NCBI RefSeq assembly: GCF_004010195.1
Contig: NC_057749.1
Location: 20,087,663 to 20,151,662, forward strand
DNA: 64,000 bases
Source: Chiloscyllium plagiosum
Lineage: Eukaryota
Direction: 5' to 3'
Below, in pieces: positions 23,034 through 36,379 of the stretch (positions are counted from its first letter, which is position 1; every line of letters begins with the position of its first letter). The position numbers and the translations under genes are program-made. The notes under the pieces were generated by a model that searched no databases, was not told where the DNA came from, and saw only the letters and a program-made list of their open reading frames with translations.

Positions 23034-26000
23034 GAAAGATAAAGCAAGCCAGCATGATTGGCTATGCTAATGTGCACGGGACCAACAAATTGTACAAACT
23101 GGAAGAGAACAAAGAGTTTGGGCGAGGCGCAGTGAGGCGAAGTGAACATTTTTCTGGCTACTGCAATTTTGATTTTGCAAGATTAAAGTCTTGTGAAAGA
23201 ATTTCTTCGTCTCCTGGTAATTTTTTATAGATTCTTCCACAACACTAGTAAGAACTCTCTGAAAGGTACCTGCCTAGAGAAGGGATTTGCACACAAAAAA
23301 AAGTTTGATACTGACCAGAGAGCAAATCTGCAGAGGAAGATACCAAGAAAAGATTTGATTGCTGGCTGGTTTTGAAATTTGAACTTTTCTGTAAATCTTA
23401 ATTGACGGTTTTATTGGACCATATTGTAAGGGGGAAGGTAAAACATAGGTTTAGATAAATAGTTGTTTATTAATTATTCTCTGTTAGACTTTTAAAAAAA
23501 ATTAAAGTTGTTCACGTTTACTTTAAATAGTGACTTTTGGGATAGTTCTTTGCCTCTTGAGTTTTCACAGATTACAGTAAGGGGTGAATCTTTTGTGAGT
23601 GTTGGGTTTAAATTAGCAGAGGGGTAACAAGATCCTTGGGTAGAAGTAGGATATCAATGGTTGCCAGATGAGCTACTGTCCCCATCTTAGCCTTTACAGA
23701 TTCTGCCACAGTCAAGCCATCGGGTGCTATTCAGTAGAGTTGAGGCTTAAGGTTCGCATTAGGATTTGTGAAGGGGTTAGTGTTAGGGTTAAGATTAGGA
23801 TTAGGCAAGTGCTCGGACTAGGAGTGGAGTTGAGGTTAGAGCTAGGGCCAGTGCTTGGGCTAGGGCTAGGGATCGTGTTTAGGTTAGGGCTTGGTTTGGG
23901 CTTAGGGGAGGGTTATGGTTAGGGCATGGGTTAGGGATGGGATAATAGTTGTGGTTAGAGCAAGAGCTAGGTTTAGGGTTGGGGATGAATTAGCTAGGGT
24001 TATGATTAGTTTTAGAGTTCAGGCGAGGGCTAGAGTGTGTAGTTAGGTATAAGGGCTAGATAGGCATAGGGTTCGGGTAAGGATTAGATTATAGTTAGGA
24101 TTAGAGCTAATGCTAGGGTTATGGTTAGGGATATATTGAGGGTTAGGGCTAGGGCATGGTCTAGATTTAGGGTTAGTTTGAGTGGTTAGTGTTATGATTA
24201 GGGATAAGGATAGAACTAGGTTTTGGGCTAGGGTTAGGCCGAAGGTTAGGGTTCGGGTTCCAGTCTCCTTGGAGGTGGGTGGGGGGGAGCTTTCAATCTC
24301 TGCCAGATGATTTACCGCCTCTATCTTAACCTTTGCATGTTCTGCTGTAGCCAAGCTATCGTTTGCCATTCAGTAGAGGTAGTGGTTCCTTGTTGATTCT
24401 AACAGCTGCTCACCTTTCTCTCTGTATGATTTTCTCCTACTCAAGCACTACCCTCATTGAATGGAAGATTTTGGCACCATTTCTGGTGATAGTTTGCCAT
24501 TGTGTGAGCATTTGTTTTTATTTATTCACTGGATGAGGGCGTCACTGGCTAGACCAGCATTTATTGCCCATTCCTAATTGCCTAGAGGATAGTTAAGAGT
24601 CAACCACATTGCTGTGGGTGTGGAGTTACATGGAGGCTAGACCAGGTAAGGTTGGCAGTTTCTTTCCCAAGAGGACATTAGTGAACCAGATGGGGTTTTA
24701 GAACAATCGACAGTGGATTCATGGTTAGACTCTTAATTCCAGATTTTTTAAATGTTTTGTTTTTATCAACACATTCCAAGTGCTGATGTTCATTGCAGAG
24801 ACCTTTAGCCAGACTTTGCAGCTGCCTTTGACCGCCGTATTGAATGTGGTGTATCTCTGAGCTGCCAGCAGTTTGGGGGGGTTGTAGTTGGCTGACATGC
24901 CATCCATCTCGGCTGCTGTGAGATGGTTGTGGCCACGGCACATAGCACATCTGTCTGTTGGAGGACGCTCTCGTTTATTCAGCTCAAACTTACAAAATAT
25001 GGGGCGAACAGGTAAATCCCCACAATTCCCAAAATGCTGGCTAAAATTCAGTCACAGTGATGTAGGGGGCAGATCCAGTTGAAAATAAGATGCCCACCCT
25101 CCCTGGAAACTGGGTGGAGCTTCTCCTCCTATCACAGACTGGTTCCCGCATGTGCTTGCTGGTGATTGGTTCATTACTGAGCCTGTCAGCAAGAACATGG
25201 GAGAGAACCAACCTGTGATTGGAGGAGCAGCGAGCAGCCAGGAGTGACTGAAATATAGGGGGAGACGCAATAGGTGCTCTACTAATAAACACCATCTAAA
25301 TTTAAAAGTTAAAAAAAAGCAGCTTGTTTGGAACAGTGTGGCTTTGTGAATATGTGATGGGAAAGTATGAGCTGTGGCCTCACCAATCTGGGTGCTGCAT
25401 TATATACACGCTAACAAGTGAATTATAAACAGCAGGAGGCCATTCAGCTCTTCAAGCCTGTTCTGCCATCCAGTGCAGGCAACGGTATCATCACTGGACT
25501 GTTAATCCTGTGAAATGCCCTGGGAATCATGGTTGGAAATACACCACAGCAGATGGTGGAAATCAAATTCCATTAAAAAAGTATGGAATTATGAGTCTAA
25601 TTAAGTGTCATGATTAGGGTCATAATTTTAAGGAGATTGGAGGAAGATTTAGGGGAGATGTCAGAGGTTGGTTCTTTACACAGAGAGTGGGTGGTGCATG
25701 GAATGCACTGCCAGCAGTAGTAGTAAAGTCAGAGACGTTAGGGACATTTAGGCGTCTACTGGACAAGCACATGGATGGCGGTAAATTGAAGGGTGTGTAG
25801 GTTGAGATTAAGATAGATACTCGGCACAACATCTGTACTGTTCTATGTTCTTTGTTCTATGTTCTAATGATGACCAAGGATCCATTGTCAATTGTGACTC
25901 CAAACCCACAGCAATGTGGTTGACTCTTAAACTGCCCCCTGCTAGTTAGGAATGGGCAATAAATGCTGGCCTACCCAGTGACGCCCTCATCCCATGAATG

Positions 26001-26045
26001 AATAAAACAGATCATGCCTGATCTGATTGCGACCTCAGTTCCACA

Positions 26046-27618
26046 TTGCTGGATGTCTTGAAACGGGTAAAGGTGGATAAATCCACAGGACCTGATCAGG
26101 TGTACCCGAGAACTCTGTGGGAATCTAGAGAAGTGATTGCTGGGCCTCTTGCTGAGATATTTGTGTCATCGATTGTCACATGTGAGGTGCCGAAAGACTG
26201 GAAGTTGGCTAACATGGTGCCACTGTTTAAGAAGGGTAGTAAGGACATGCCAGGGAAATATAGACCGGTGAGCCTGATGTCGGTGGTGGGCAAGTTCTGC
26301 TTGGAGGGAATCCTGAGGGACAGGATGTACATGTATTTGGAAAGGCAAGGACTGATTAGGGATAGTCAACATGGCTTTGTGTGTGGGAAATCATGTCTCA
26401 CAATCTTGAGTGAGTTTTTTGAGGAAGTGATAAAGAGGATTGATGAGGGCAGAGTGGTAGATGTGATCTATATAGACTTCAATAAGGCGTTCGACAAGGT
26501 TCCCCATGGGACATTGATTAGCAAGGTTGGATCTCACGGAAAACAGAGAGAACTAGCCATTTGGATACAGAACTGGCTCAAAGGTAGAAGACAGAGGGTG
26601 GTGGTGGAGGGTTGTTTTTCAGACTGGAGGCCTGTGACCAGTGGAGTGCCACAAGGATCGGTGCTGGGTCCTCCACTTTTTGTCATTTATATAAATAATT
26701 TGGATGCGAGCATAAGAGGTATGGTTAGAAAATTTGCAGATGACACCAAAATTGAAGGTATAGTGGACAGCGAACAGGATTACCTCAGATTACAACAGGA
26801 TCTTGATCAGATGGGCCAATGGGCTGAAAAGTGGCAGATGAAGTTTAATTTAGATAAATGCGAGGTGCTGCATTTTTGGAAAGCAAGTCTTAGCAGGACT
26901 TATACACTTAATGGTAAGGTCCTAGGGAATGTTGCTGAACAAAGAGACCTTGGAGCGCAGGTTCATAGCTTCCTCAAAATGAAGTCGCAGGTAGATAGGA
27001 TAGTGAACAAGGTTTTTGGTATGCTTTCCTTTATTGGTCAGAGTACTGAGTACAGGAGTTGGGAGGTCATGTTGCGGCTGTACAGGACATTGGTTAGGCC
27101 ACTGTTGGAATATTGCGTGCAATTCTGGTCTCCTTCCTATCGGAAAGATGTTGTGAAACCTGAAAGGGTTCAGAAAAGATTTACAAGGATGTTGCCAGAA
27201 TTGGAGGATTTGAGCTACAGGGAGAGTTTGAATTAGCTGGGGCTGTTTTTCCTGGAGCGTCGGAGGCTGAGGGGTGACCTTATAGAGGTTTACAAAATCA
27301 TGAGGGGTATGGATAGGGTAAATAGACAAAGTCTTTTCCCTGGGGCGAGGGAGTCCAGAACTATAGGGCATAGATTTAGGGTGAGAGGGGAAATGATATA
27401 AAAGAGACCTAAGGTGCAACGTTTTTACACAGAGGGTGGTACGTGTATGGAATGAGCTGCCAGGGGAAGTGGTGGAGGCTGGTACAATTGCAACATTTAA
27501 GAGGCATTTGGATGGGTATATGAATAGGAAGGGTTTGGAAGGATATGGGCTGGGTGCTGGCAGGTGGGACTAGATTGGGTTGGGATATCTGGTCAGCATG
27601 GACATCTCTATGACTCTA
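26046..27618 (+). mobile_element. Young 5'-truncated CR1 LINE with open RT domain
   Basis: 396-aa ORF 26046-27236 with [25 protein letters not shown] and FADDTK; TCTATGACTCTA tail; near-identical to the copy at 6609 onward. Confidence 0.95.
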
Positions 27619-27680
27619 AATGACTCATCAGTTTGAAATGTGCATCCCCCGATTTTAAACAGTGACCCCCTATTTCTAGA

Positions 27681-27990
27681 TCAAAGAGTATGGTGCTGGA
27701 AAAGCACAGCCAGTCAGGCAGCATCTGAGCAGCAGGAAAATCCATGTTTCGGACATAAGCCCTTCATCAGGAATGAGGCTTGTGGGCCAAGGGGGTTGAG
27801 AGATAAATGGGAGTGGGGGGGGGGGGGCTGGGGGGAAGGTAGCTAGGAATGCAGTAGGTAGTTGAAGGTGCGTGTGAATGATAGGTCAGAGAGGAGGGTG
27901 GAGCAGATAGGTGGGAAGGAATTTGGACAGGTAGAACAGGTCAAGAGGGCAGTGCCAAGTTGGAAGGTTAGGGCTAGGAAAAGGCAGTGG
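27681..27990 (-). mobile_element. PLE 3' end fragment with hammerhead motif
   Basis: TTTCGGACATAAGCCCTTCATCAGG followed by purine-rich sequence complementary to the PLE 3' region. Confidence 0.7.
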
Positions 27991-28949
27991 GGGAGAGGAG
28001 GGGTGGAAAATGGGGAAAGTGGTGAAATCCACATTGATCGCGTGTGGATCGTCCTGTAAGAGGAAGCATCCTCTCCCCATTCTCTCTGTCAAGATCCCTG
28101 AGGATCTTACCCCCATTCCAGGTATTAATGTCATAAACCTATTTTGAACCGCTTCCAGAGCATTCATAACCTTTCTTAAACAAGGAAAACATTATTGTAC
28201 ATAATACTTCAGCTGCAGTCTGACCAGTGTCCTGTATAACTGAAGCGTGAACTCTCTATTTTTATATTCAATTCCACTTGTGATAAATGATAATATTCTA
28301 TTATTTGCTGTAGCTGCATCCTAATATTTTGCAGTTCATGCATCAGGACATCTCCATCCCTCTTTACCTTTCTGCTCTCCAACCTTCTGTTACATCATTT
28401 TTTTAAAAATCTGCCTGATTACCTTGAACTTAGCCAAGTGGTCTGCTGTATCTTCTTTGAAAATAGATTCTAGTATTTTCTGTATGACAGATATTAAATT
28501 AACTGGACTGTTATTATTTATTTTCTCACCCCCTCCCATTTTGAGTTATATTCACTATCTTCCAATCTAATGGGACCATCCACAAATCAAGAGTTTTGGA
28601 AAATTAAAACCATCAGCTATCTCACTAGCTGCTTCTGTTATGAACATAGGATGAAATTCATCAGGACTCAGGCTCTGATAAAGAGTCATTTTGACTGGAA
28701 ATGTTAGTTTGCTCTCTCTCTATGGATGCTCTCTCTATTGACCCGCTGTGATTTCCAGCACTTTTTGTTTTCATTTTCCTGTATCTGCAGTAATTTGTTT
28801 CTACATAGCTCAATTTACTCAGTTTCATTTCACTTTAACTTTTATGTATTTCATTAATCTATCAGTTGCTGTACTATGTTGATCCTTATTAGTAGAACAA
28901 ACCTTAGTAACTTACTAGATTCATACCAAATAACTAGCTGCTTCTGACC

Positions 28950-30765
28950 TCTAACACCAGTGGTAGTCTGGCACACTGACCTCTACACCGCTGAAGCCAA
29001 ACGCCAACTCGAGGACACCTCTTCCTACTGCCCCCTCGACCATGAGCCCACCCCCCATCACCAAACCATCATCTCCCAGACCATACAGAACCTCATCACC
29101 TCAGGAGATCTCCCACCCACAGCTTCCAACCTCATAGTCCGGGAACCCTGCACTGCCCGGTTCTACCTCCTTCCCAAGATCCACAAGCCTGACCACCCTG
29201 GCCGACCCATTGTCTCAGCACGCTCCTGGCCCACTGAACTTATCTCTACCTACCTCGACACTGTCCTATCCCCCCTAGCCCAGGAACTCCCCACATACGT
29301 TCGAGACACCACCCACGCCCTCCACCTCCTCCAAAACTTCCNNNNNNNNNNNNNNNNNNNNNNNNNNNNNNNNNNNNNNNNNNNNNNNNNNNNNNNNNNN
29401 NNNNNNNNNNNNNNNNNNNNNNNNNNNNNNNNNNNNNNNNNNNNNNNNNNNNNNNNNNNNNNNNNNNNNNNNNNNNNNNNNNNNNNNNNNNNNNNNNNNN
29501 NNNNNNNNNNNNNNNNNNNNNNNNNNNNNNNNNNNNNNNNNNNNNNNNNNNNNNNNNNNNNNNNNNNNNNNNNNNNNNNNNNNNNNNNNNNNNNNNNNNN
29601 NNNNNNNNNNNNNNNNNNNNNNNNNNNNNNNNNNNNNNNNNNNNNNNNNNNNNNNNNNNNNNNNNNNNNNNNNNNNNNNNNNNNNNNNNNNNNNNNNNNN
29701 NNNNNNNNNNNNNNNNNNNNNNNNNNNNNNNNNNNNNNNNNNNNNNNNNNNNNNNNNNNNNNNNNNNNNNNNNNNNNNNNNNNNNNNNNNNNNNNNNNNN
29801 NNNNNNNNNNNNNNNNNNNNNNNNNNNNNNNNNNNNNNNNNNNNNNNNNNNNNNNNNNNNNNNNNNNNNNNNNNNNNNNNNNNNNNNNNNNNNNNNNNNN
29901 NNNNNNNNNNNNNNNNNNNNNNNNNNNNNNNNNNNNNNNNNNNNNNNNNNNNNNNNNNNNNNNNNNCAGGTAAATTTAAGGTCAGGGTGGAATGTGTTGG
30001 TGAAGTTGATGAATTGCTCAACCTCCTCAACCTGTGCCTACACCTCCTCCCTCACCTCTATCCAAGTCCCTAAAGGAGCCTTCCACATCCATCAAAGTTT
30101 TACCTGCCCATCCACTATTATCATTTATTGTATCTGTTGCTCCCGATGGGGTCTCCTCTACATTGGGGAGACTGGATGCCTCCTAGCAGAGTGCTTTAGG
30201 GAACATCTCTGGGACACCCGCACCAATCAACCAAACCGCCCCGTGGCCCAACATTTCAACTCCCCCTCCCACTCTGCCGAGGACATGGAGGTCCTGGGCC
30301 TCCTTCACCGCTGCTCCCTCACCACCAGACGCCTGGAGGAAGAACGCCTCATCTTCCGCCTCGGAACACTTCAACCCCAGGGCATCAATGTGGACGTCAA
30401 CAGTTTCCTCTTTTCTCCTTCCCCCACCTCAAACTTATAGCTCCACACTGTCCCCTTGACTTGTCCGGACTTGTCCGACCTGCCTAGCTCCTTTTCCACC
30501 TATCCACTCCACCCTCTCCTCCCTGACCTATCACCTTCATCTCCTCCCCCACTCACCTATTGTACTCTATGCTACTTTCTCCCCATCCCCACCCTCCTCT
30601 AGCTTATCTCTCCACGCTTCAGGCTCTCTGCCTTTATTCCTGATGAAGGGCTTTTGCCCGAAACGTCGATTTTGCTGCTCCTCGGATGCTGCCTGAATTG
30701 CTGTGCTCTTCCAGCACTACTGATCCAGAATCTGGTTTCCAGCATCTGCAGTCATTGTTTTTACC
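28950..30765 (+). mobile_element. Penelope-like retroelement (RT plus GIY-YIG), with an N gap and a short inverted piece
   Basis: RT motif RFYLLPKIHKPDHPGRPIVS; endonuclease IIYCICCSRWGLLYIGETG..FREH; hammerhead at 30635-30672. Segment 29967-30030 reads as RT (EQFINFTNTFHPDLKFT) on the minus strand. Confidence 0.9.
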
Positions 30766-32419
30766 CCGCTTCTCCTGTAAAATCAACTCCTGAGGCTGAA
30801 AAGGTTTAGGACAAGCAAAAGCAACACAACACCTCTTTTTCTTCCCCCATTACAGAATCACTTAACTCCTGCACTCTATTATAGATTGTGTTCCAGTGCT
30901 AAGTGGCACAAAGTTGGCGAATTTGATACGTTCTTAAATTAAAAATGCCAATATGACTTATAGGATAAGCACCTGGTTTCAGCTGCTTCATAATTAAACT
31001 GCTGTTTCATTGGAGCCATGTTAAAGCCTTACTTAAGACTGGCAGCTACAGAATTCTAAAATGTACACAACAGCAAATTATACAAAATGAACAAAAAGAC
31101 TTTCTTACTAAACCACTGCACTCAGTCCCAGGACAAACTGAGTTTGCTCGCTGCTTTTATAGGCTCCTGAAACAAAAGAGTAGCTGACTTATTGCTCTTT
31201 CACTGAAAGCCTTGCTAAAACTCTGTGAAGAAGGATTATACCCGAAACGTTGACCTCTCCACCTCCAGCGCTGCCTGGCTTGCTGTGTTCTGCCAGCCTC
31301 CTGCTTGTGAAACTAAAATTCTGCTGTAGGCTGGCAACTGCAGAGCGTCTTGGCTTTTTGTGTACAGAAATGTGTTTATTAATTTGAAAAAAAACTTCTA
31401 CGCTAACTTATGCCTGTTGTTTTGTACCAATCTATATAATTGTGATGTACAGGGAGTTAATACATTCCTTTTGTGTTACTTTATGTTTGACAACTGTTGA
31501 GAATATTTTTGTGTGGAGGCTGGGAGAATGCATTTCTACAATGTCCTGTTTGGTGACAGTTCAAAGTCGGTGTCTGGTCCCCCATTGGTGTATGATTCTG
31601 CTGTGGGGAGGTGGTTTATTTTGACAGAAGATCTTATCTGCGCCAAATAATTGCAGGGTGTGACCCCAATTGCTGGATTTGCACAATTTCTTTGTGAAGA
31701 GACGGAGATAATGGGATCATTTTTAGCAATGCCCCTCCAGCCAAAACAGTTTGCAACAACCTCCCAAGCAAGGGTTAGAATGATTGCGTAGAATTCAGAC
31801 TGTGAGCACAACAGTGCTGTCCAGTGAGTGGTACCAGCTCTTTTCATTGTCTGTCATAGAGCTAGTACAGAATTAATAGGTTGAATGATCACCTTCTTGT
31901 GCTGTGATAGGATAACATGCCCCTGATTAAGTCATGCATGCCTTGAATTGAATCTAAACGCAAATAACAAGATAATAATATCTTATGATTAACTTTGTAT
32001 ATTCAATTTTTAAATAATTTCACTTGGGTCTTTCTGTTCATTTAATGATCAAAGTATAATTTCCCTGAAGCGAATTCTTAGTTCCTGCTGTCCTTCTGCT
32101 GTTATCATTGCCAGCTGCAGCACGAAGTGATTCATGGTGTGTTTGTCGTGTAGACTATTGTTCTGATGAAATCTTCTGTATTCTGTTTATGTTAAAACTA
32201 ATGTAGATGTAAAATCATGCAGGCTGATTCAATTCTTGTCAGCTTACATCTCCCTATTAACTAGATGTGGTGTATGGACAGGGGTAGACAGCACAGAAAC
32301 AGAGACATCTTTGCTTCATTTGTGTAGACCCTTTGTGGCATTGCACCTGGAGTATTGCGTGCAAGTCCTAAGGAAGAATATATTCTCCACAGTGACAGTG
32401 CTGTGGAGGAATAATCTAG

Positions 32420-33240
32420 AATGGCAGGTAGATTGTACCATACAAAATTCATCAGAGTAGCAGAACAGGGCGCAGAATGCAGTGTTACAGCCGCGGAGAA
32501 GGTGCAAAGAGAGATCTGAATTAAAATTTGAGAGGTCCATTCAAAATCTGATAGCAGCGGGGAAGAAGCTGTTCTTGAATCTGTTCATGCATGTATTCAA
32601 ACTTTTATATCTTCTGCCCAATGGAAGAGTGTGGAAGAGAGTATCACCCGGGTGGAAGGGGTCTTTGATGATGTTGGCTGCTTTCCTGAGGCAGCAGGAA
32701 ATGTAGATGGAGTCGATGGATGGAAGGTTGGTTTTCCTGATGGGCTGGAATGTGTTTGTGAGTCTCTGTAACCTCTTGTGTTCTTGGGAACAGCAGTTGC
32801 CAGACCGCACTGTGATGCATCTGGATAGGATGCTTTCTGTACTGCACTTATTAAAACTTGGTAAGAGTTCTTGTGGGCGTTCTAAATTTCCTTAGCCTCC
32901 TGAGGAAGTAGGTTCATTAGCGTTCCTTTTGACCATTGTGTAGACGTGGATGGACCAGGATAGATTGCTGGTGACCATCACTCCCAGAGACTTGATGCTC
33001 TCGACCATTTCCACCTCATTATCATTGGTGCAGACAGGAGTGTGCCTTCCACTCTACTACCTGAAGTCAATGACCAGCTCCTTTGTTTTATTGATGCTGA
33101 TGGAGAGATTGTTGTCTTTACATCGTGCCACTAAGCACGCAATCTCTGCCTTGTACTCTGTCATGTCTTTGTTTGTGATCTTTCATCAGCCAACTTGTAA
33201 ATGAAGTTGGGGCGTAATTTGCCCACACACCCAGAGTCTA
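32420..33240 (-). mobile_element. Rex1/Babar-type LINE 3' fragment; another end at ~52950-53200(+)
   Basis: RKAANIIKDPFHPG..LPLGRRYKSL..RFKNSFFPAAIR C-terminal motif. Confidence 0.8.
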
Positions 33241-33870
33241 TAAGGAGTACAGTCCTCTCCATAACTCACTTTCCCAACTATCTTTGTGCCATCAGCAAAT
33301 TTACCTCTCATACCTTTGTTGCCTTCACCCAATCATTGATACACATTGTGAAGAGCAGCAACCCAATGACACACCATATGTGACATCTTGCCAAGTCTGA
33401 AAAGGACCCAATTATATCCATTCTGTTTGCTGTTCGTCAGCCATTCTATCACATTAATCCAAGAGCTTCTATTTTATATAATAACCTTTGACCTGGCACC
33501 TTATAAAATTCTTCCTGAAAATCTAAACATAACACATCCACACAGCTCCCCTTTATCCACAGTACAGCTTGCTTCTTTAAACAGCTCAAATAAATTAGCA
33601 AATCCATGTTGGCTTTGCTTGACTACATTAAGCGCCTCCAAAAGCCATATTACAATGCTTTTAATAATTGCTTCTAGCATTTTCTCTATGACAGATGGCA
33701 TTAAGATGGAGTATTAGACACGATTGTGTTGAATGACAGAACGGCCTACACCAGCTGCTAGCTTTTATGTTTGGAGGTTGAGTTTGTGAATGAAAGTGTG
33801 GGTTTGGAAGCTGAGTTTGTCAATACAAGTGGGTTGAAAAGCTACAGAACGATTATATTTTGTTAATACT

Positions 33871-34560
33871 TGTGGGAAAAGATCTGCCACCCTGCCAACC
33901 CAGAAGAGGCCCACAAAAGCAAGCTTGGCCAAACGGTACCAAAAACACCCAGAATGCCTCAGCAGGGACCAAGCAGGCTGACAAGCGAAACTGGACAGCA
34001 CTCGCAGACAAGGGAATACACTTCAAGCTCCCACTATCAATGACAGAGCACCACAGCTATCCCAAAGCTCCGAGGGCAGTTTCACAACCCAGCAATACCA
34101 AAGCCCAACAAATAGCAGGTCAGACAGAGAGGCATCAGCAAGAGCACTATTCCCAGAACAAGACAATGGAAGCACCTCACCACTTCAGAGGAGACATTAG
34201 CACCTACCTGTGAAGAGGAATGGAAGCTCCGAACCCATGGATACTGTCAGGAAGTTGCTTTGTGTAGAGAATTAGGACATTCCTCCGATAACTGTTTTCC
34301 GATTAGCAGCATCGTAACTAGATTACTCCATTTCCAGATACATTGTATTTTCCCCATTTCTAATTAGCCCCATTGTACAGGAATATTATAAAAACTGTCT
34401 TCATCCTCAGCTTGAGGAAGAGAAATTCTGATCTACCTGCACAGATTGTGTCAGCCTAGTCAATTTCTCTTCCAGCCATATGGTTTGTCATAAACAGCAT
34501 GTCAATTTTACCCGATCTGGTTTGTGTGGTCTCTACTTTGTTGGGCAAATTTCTCCGACG
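33871..34560 (+). repeat. 5' LTR (690 bp)
   Basis: TGTGGGAAAA...TCTCCGACG (terminal CA mutated); TATA box near 34385; direct repeat of 37841-38541. Confidence 0.95.
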
Positions 34561-34563
34561 GTT

Positions 34564-34580
34564 TGGCGTTAGTCGGCAGG
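34564..34580 (+). promoter_or_regulatory. Primer binding site, tRNA-Ser
   Basis: TGGCGTTAGTCGGCAGG matches TGGCGTAGTCGGCAGG, the complement of the tRNA-Ser 3' end CCTGCCGACTACGCCA, with one extra T. Confidence 0.85.
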
Positions 34581-36189
34581 CCCTTTTTGTCTCTCAACGG
34601 GGTAAGCGAACTGACATTTCAAATTTAGCCCAATTCGGACCTGGCGGTCAGCCCTGCCCCAGCGAGTCTGACCAGAGAAAGGCTGGACGACCGTGGAGTG
34701 TGGCCACAATTCTGATCTAGCAACTGCGGCAAATTGGCATCAGCTGCTACGACTTGGCCTGTGGAGGTAGTCTGGTAAGCAAATAAATTAATCACCAAAT
34801 TTAACTATTTGGAAACTGAGCAGTGACTTGGCCTGTGGAGGTAGTCTGGTGGGCAAGTAAGTTAACTAATTGGCAGCCGGTAATTCGGAATTGACTTGGC
34901 CTGTGGAGGTAGTCAGCTGTACTAAATTCATTTCCTAAATTTTGCAAGAAACAGAAATTTGGCCCATGTGTGATCCAACTTGAGGCCAGGCCGTGTATCA
35001 CGAGCCAGGAGAAAGATGGTCGGGCGGAGAAAGTATGGTTCGCCGATTAAATTTTCACTTTAAAACCCACAGATCGTGCGAAATTGGCAGGGGCCCTGCT
35101 GTCTTGTTTGTCTGTCTTGTGTTTGTCCTGTATCTGTCTCGTCTCCTTGTCCCGTTTGTTTCTGTGTTTGTCAGTGCTGCAGTCTGTTCTTTACTCCCAG
35201 CTCAAACCACAGGTGTATGAGGTTGTGGGACCCCCAACTCTCCGGAGAAGGACCGCCCCGGGGACAAGTCTAACTTGTCCCGCTGAGGCAGCAGTCCATG
35301 GACACCAAATCTCTCAAGGAAGTACCAAGCACCAGGGTAACCACTTACACTGAGAGAGCAAAGTAGTGACCCTTTTTATATAGGTCACCAGCCAATATTG
35401 TTTGGGAGCAGAATGGGGAAGGTAGGTGTGGCGACCCTTCGTGGCCTGAGAGTAAATAAGTTTAGGGAAGTGGTCAGCACACCCCCCCAGCCCTTAAATT
35501 GATCCCACAGAGTCCCGAAAACTCTGAAAAACAAAGGTCCCTTCCCACCCCCCCTTCCGTCAATAGCCCACACCTACCTTGTTGCTGAGGAACTTGGTCC
35601 TGGCGGGGGGAGGGGGGAGGGGGGGGGAATGAGGTGGCTGAGTTTCTGGCTTCCCAGGTGCAGAGGGCAGCAGAGAGAGATACTGACCAGCAGCCCGTCA
35701 GAATTCATGTTGGTAATCAATAGGGTCCTAGTGCCTGGATGAACTTATTCACTAAACCTTGAAGAAACTTTTGAGTTCTTTATGTTCTGCCTTGAATGCA
35801 CATTTGCTTGCTGGTGATTGAATGTCTGTTTCAATCCCTGCAGCTCAAGATCCAGAGGTGACTTGATTTATTTTGCATTCGGTGATCTATGATGGTTTTT
35901 CTTTTATCAGTGCTTTATGAAAGTTGTGCATAAGTTTTATTAATGAGGTATTAACACTCCCACCCTTCTCTGCTTGTCCTGCAGTCACTTGCCGAACCTG
36001 TCAATCACTCCCTGCCTGCGTGTTCGGTGAGCGCTCTCTGCCTTTTCTTTCTCCTCGAAAGCTAAGTACAGCACTTACAAATCATCCCAATACGTCCAGG
36101 ATGCCATGGAGGCACGGACATCCACCCTCTGCCAGGAGATGCCAGCTGTGGGAGCTGGGCAACCCCAACCACGTGGTGAGAATGGCCCA

Positions 36190-36310
36190 GGGCTGAAAAT
36201 GGACAAGAGTACCCAATAAAGGCATGGTGGAAAGGCCCGTACCTGATCCTGATGACGACCCGGACAGCTGTGAAACTGGAAGGACGGCCCGAATGGACAC
36301 GTACCGCCCC
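36190..36310 (+). pseudogene. Retroviral integrase C-terminal remnant
   Basis: [24 protein letters not shown] matches the W.GPY.VLLTT.TA.K..G...W motif. Confidence 0.8.
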
Positions 36311-36379
36311 GCTGCAGGAGGGCTCCACAACCAATGAGCAAGGACCGGACAGAGGAAGGCACCACTCCAACCACCAAGG

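Larger units (their letters stand above)
20900..24380. repeat. Composite array: five ~70-120-bp units separated by degenerate (TTAGGG)n spacers, split by nested insertions
   Basis: Units at ~20940-21060, 21137-21248, 21271-21342 (truncated), 23631-23741 and 24263-24380. The longest telomere-like spacer is 23742-24262. Confidence 0.75.

Noticed and set aside
23742..24262. True telomere or Gly/Leu-rich protein ORFs
   Set aside because: Highly degenerate and internal; the ORFs are simple-repeat translations.
24725..24950. Minus-strand ORF with NYNPPKLLAAQRYTTFNTAV
   Set aside because: Faint resemblance to decayed Gypsy Gag, with no splice structure or further support for a host exon.
34751..34914. 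CRISPR-like repeat-spacer pattern
   Set aside because: Only three repeats, inside a vertebrate ERV leader, with no cas genes; better explained as leader stem-loops.
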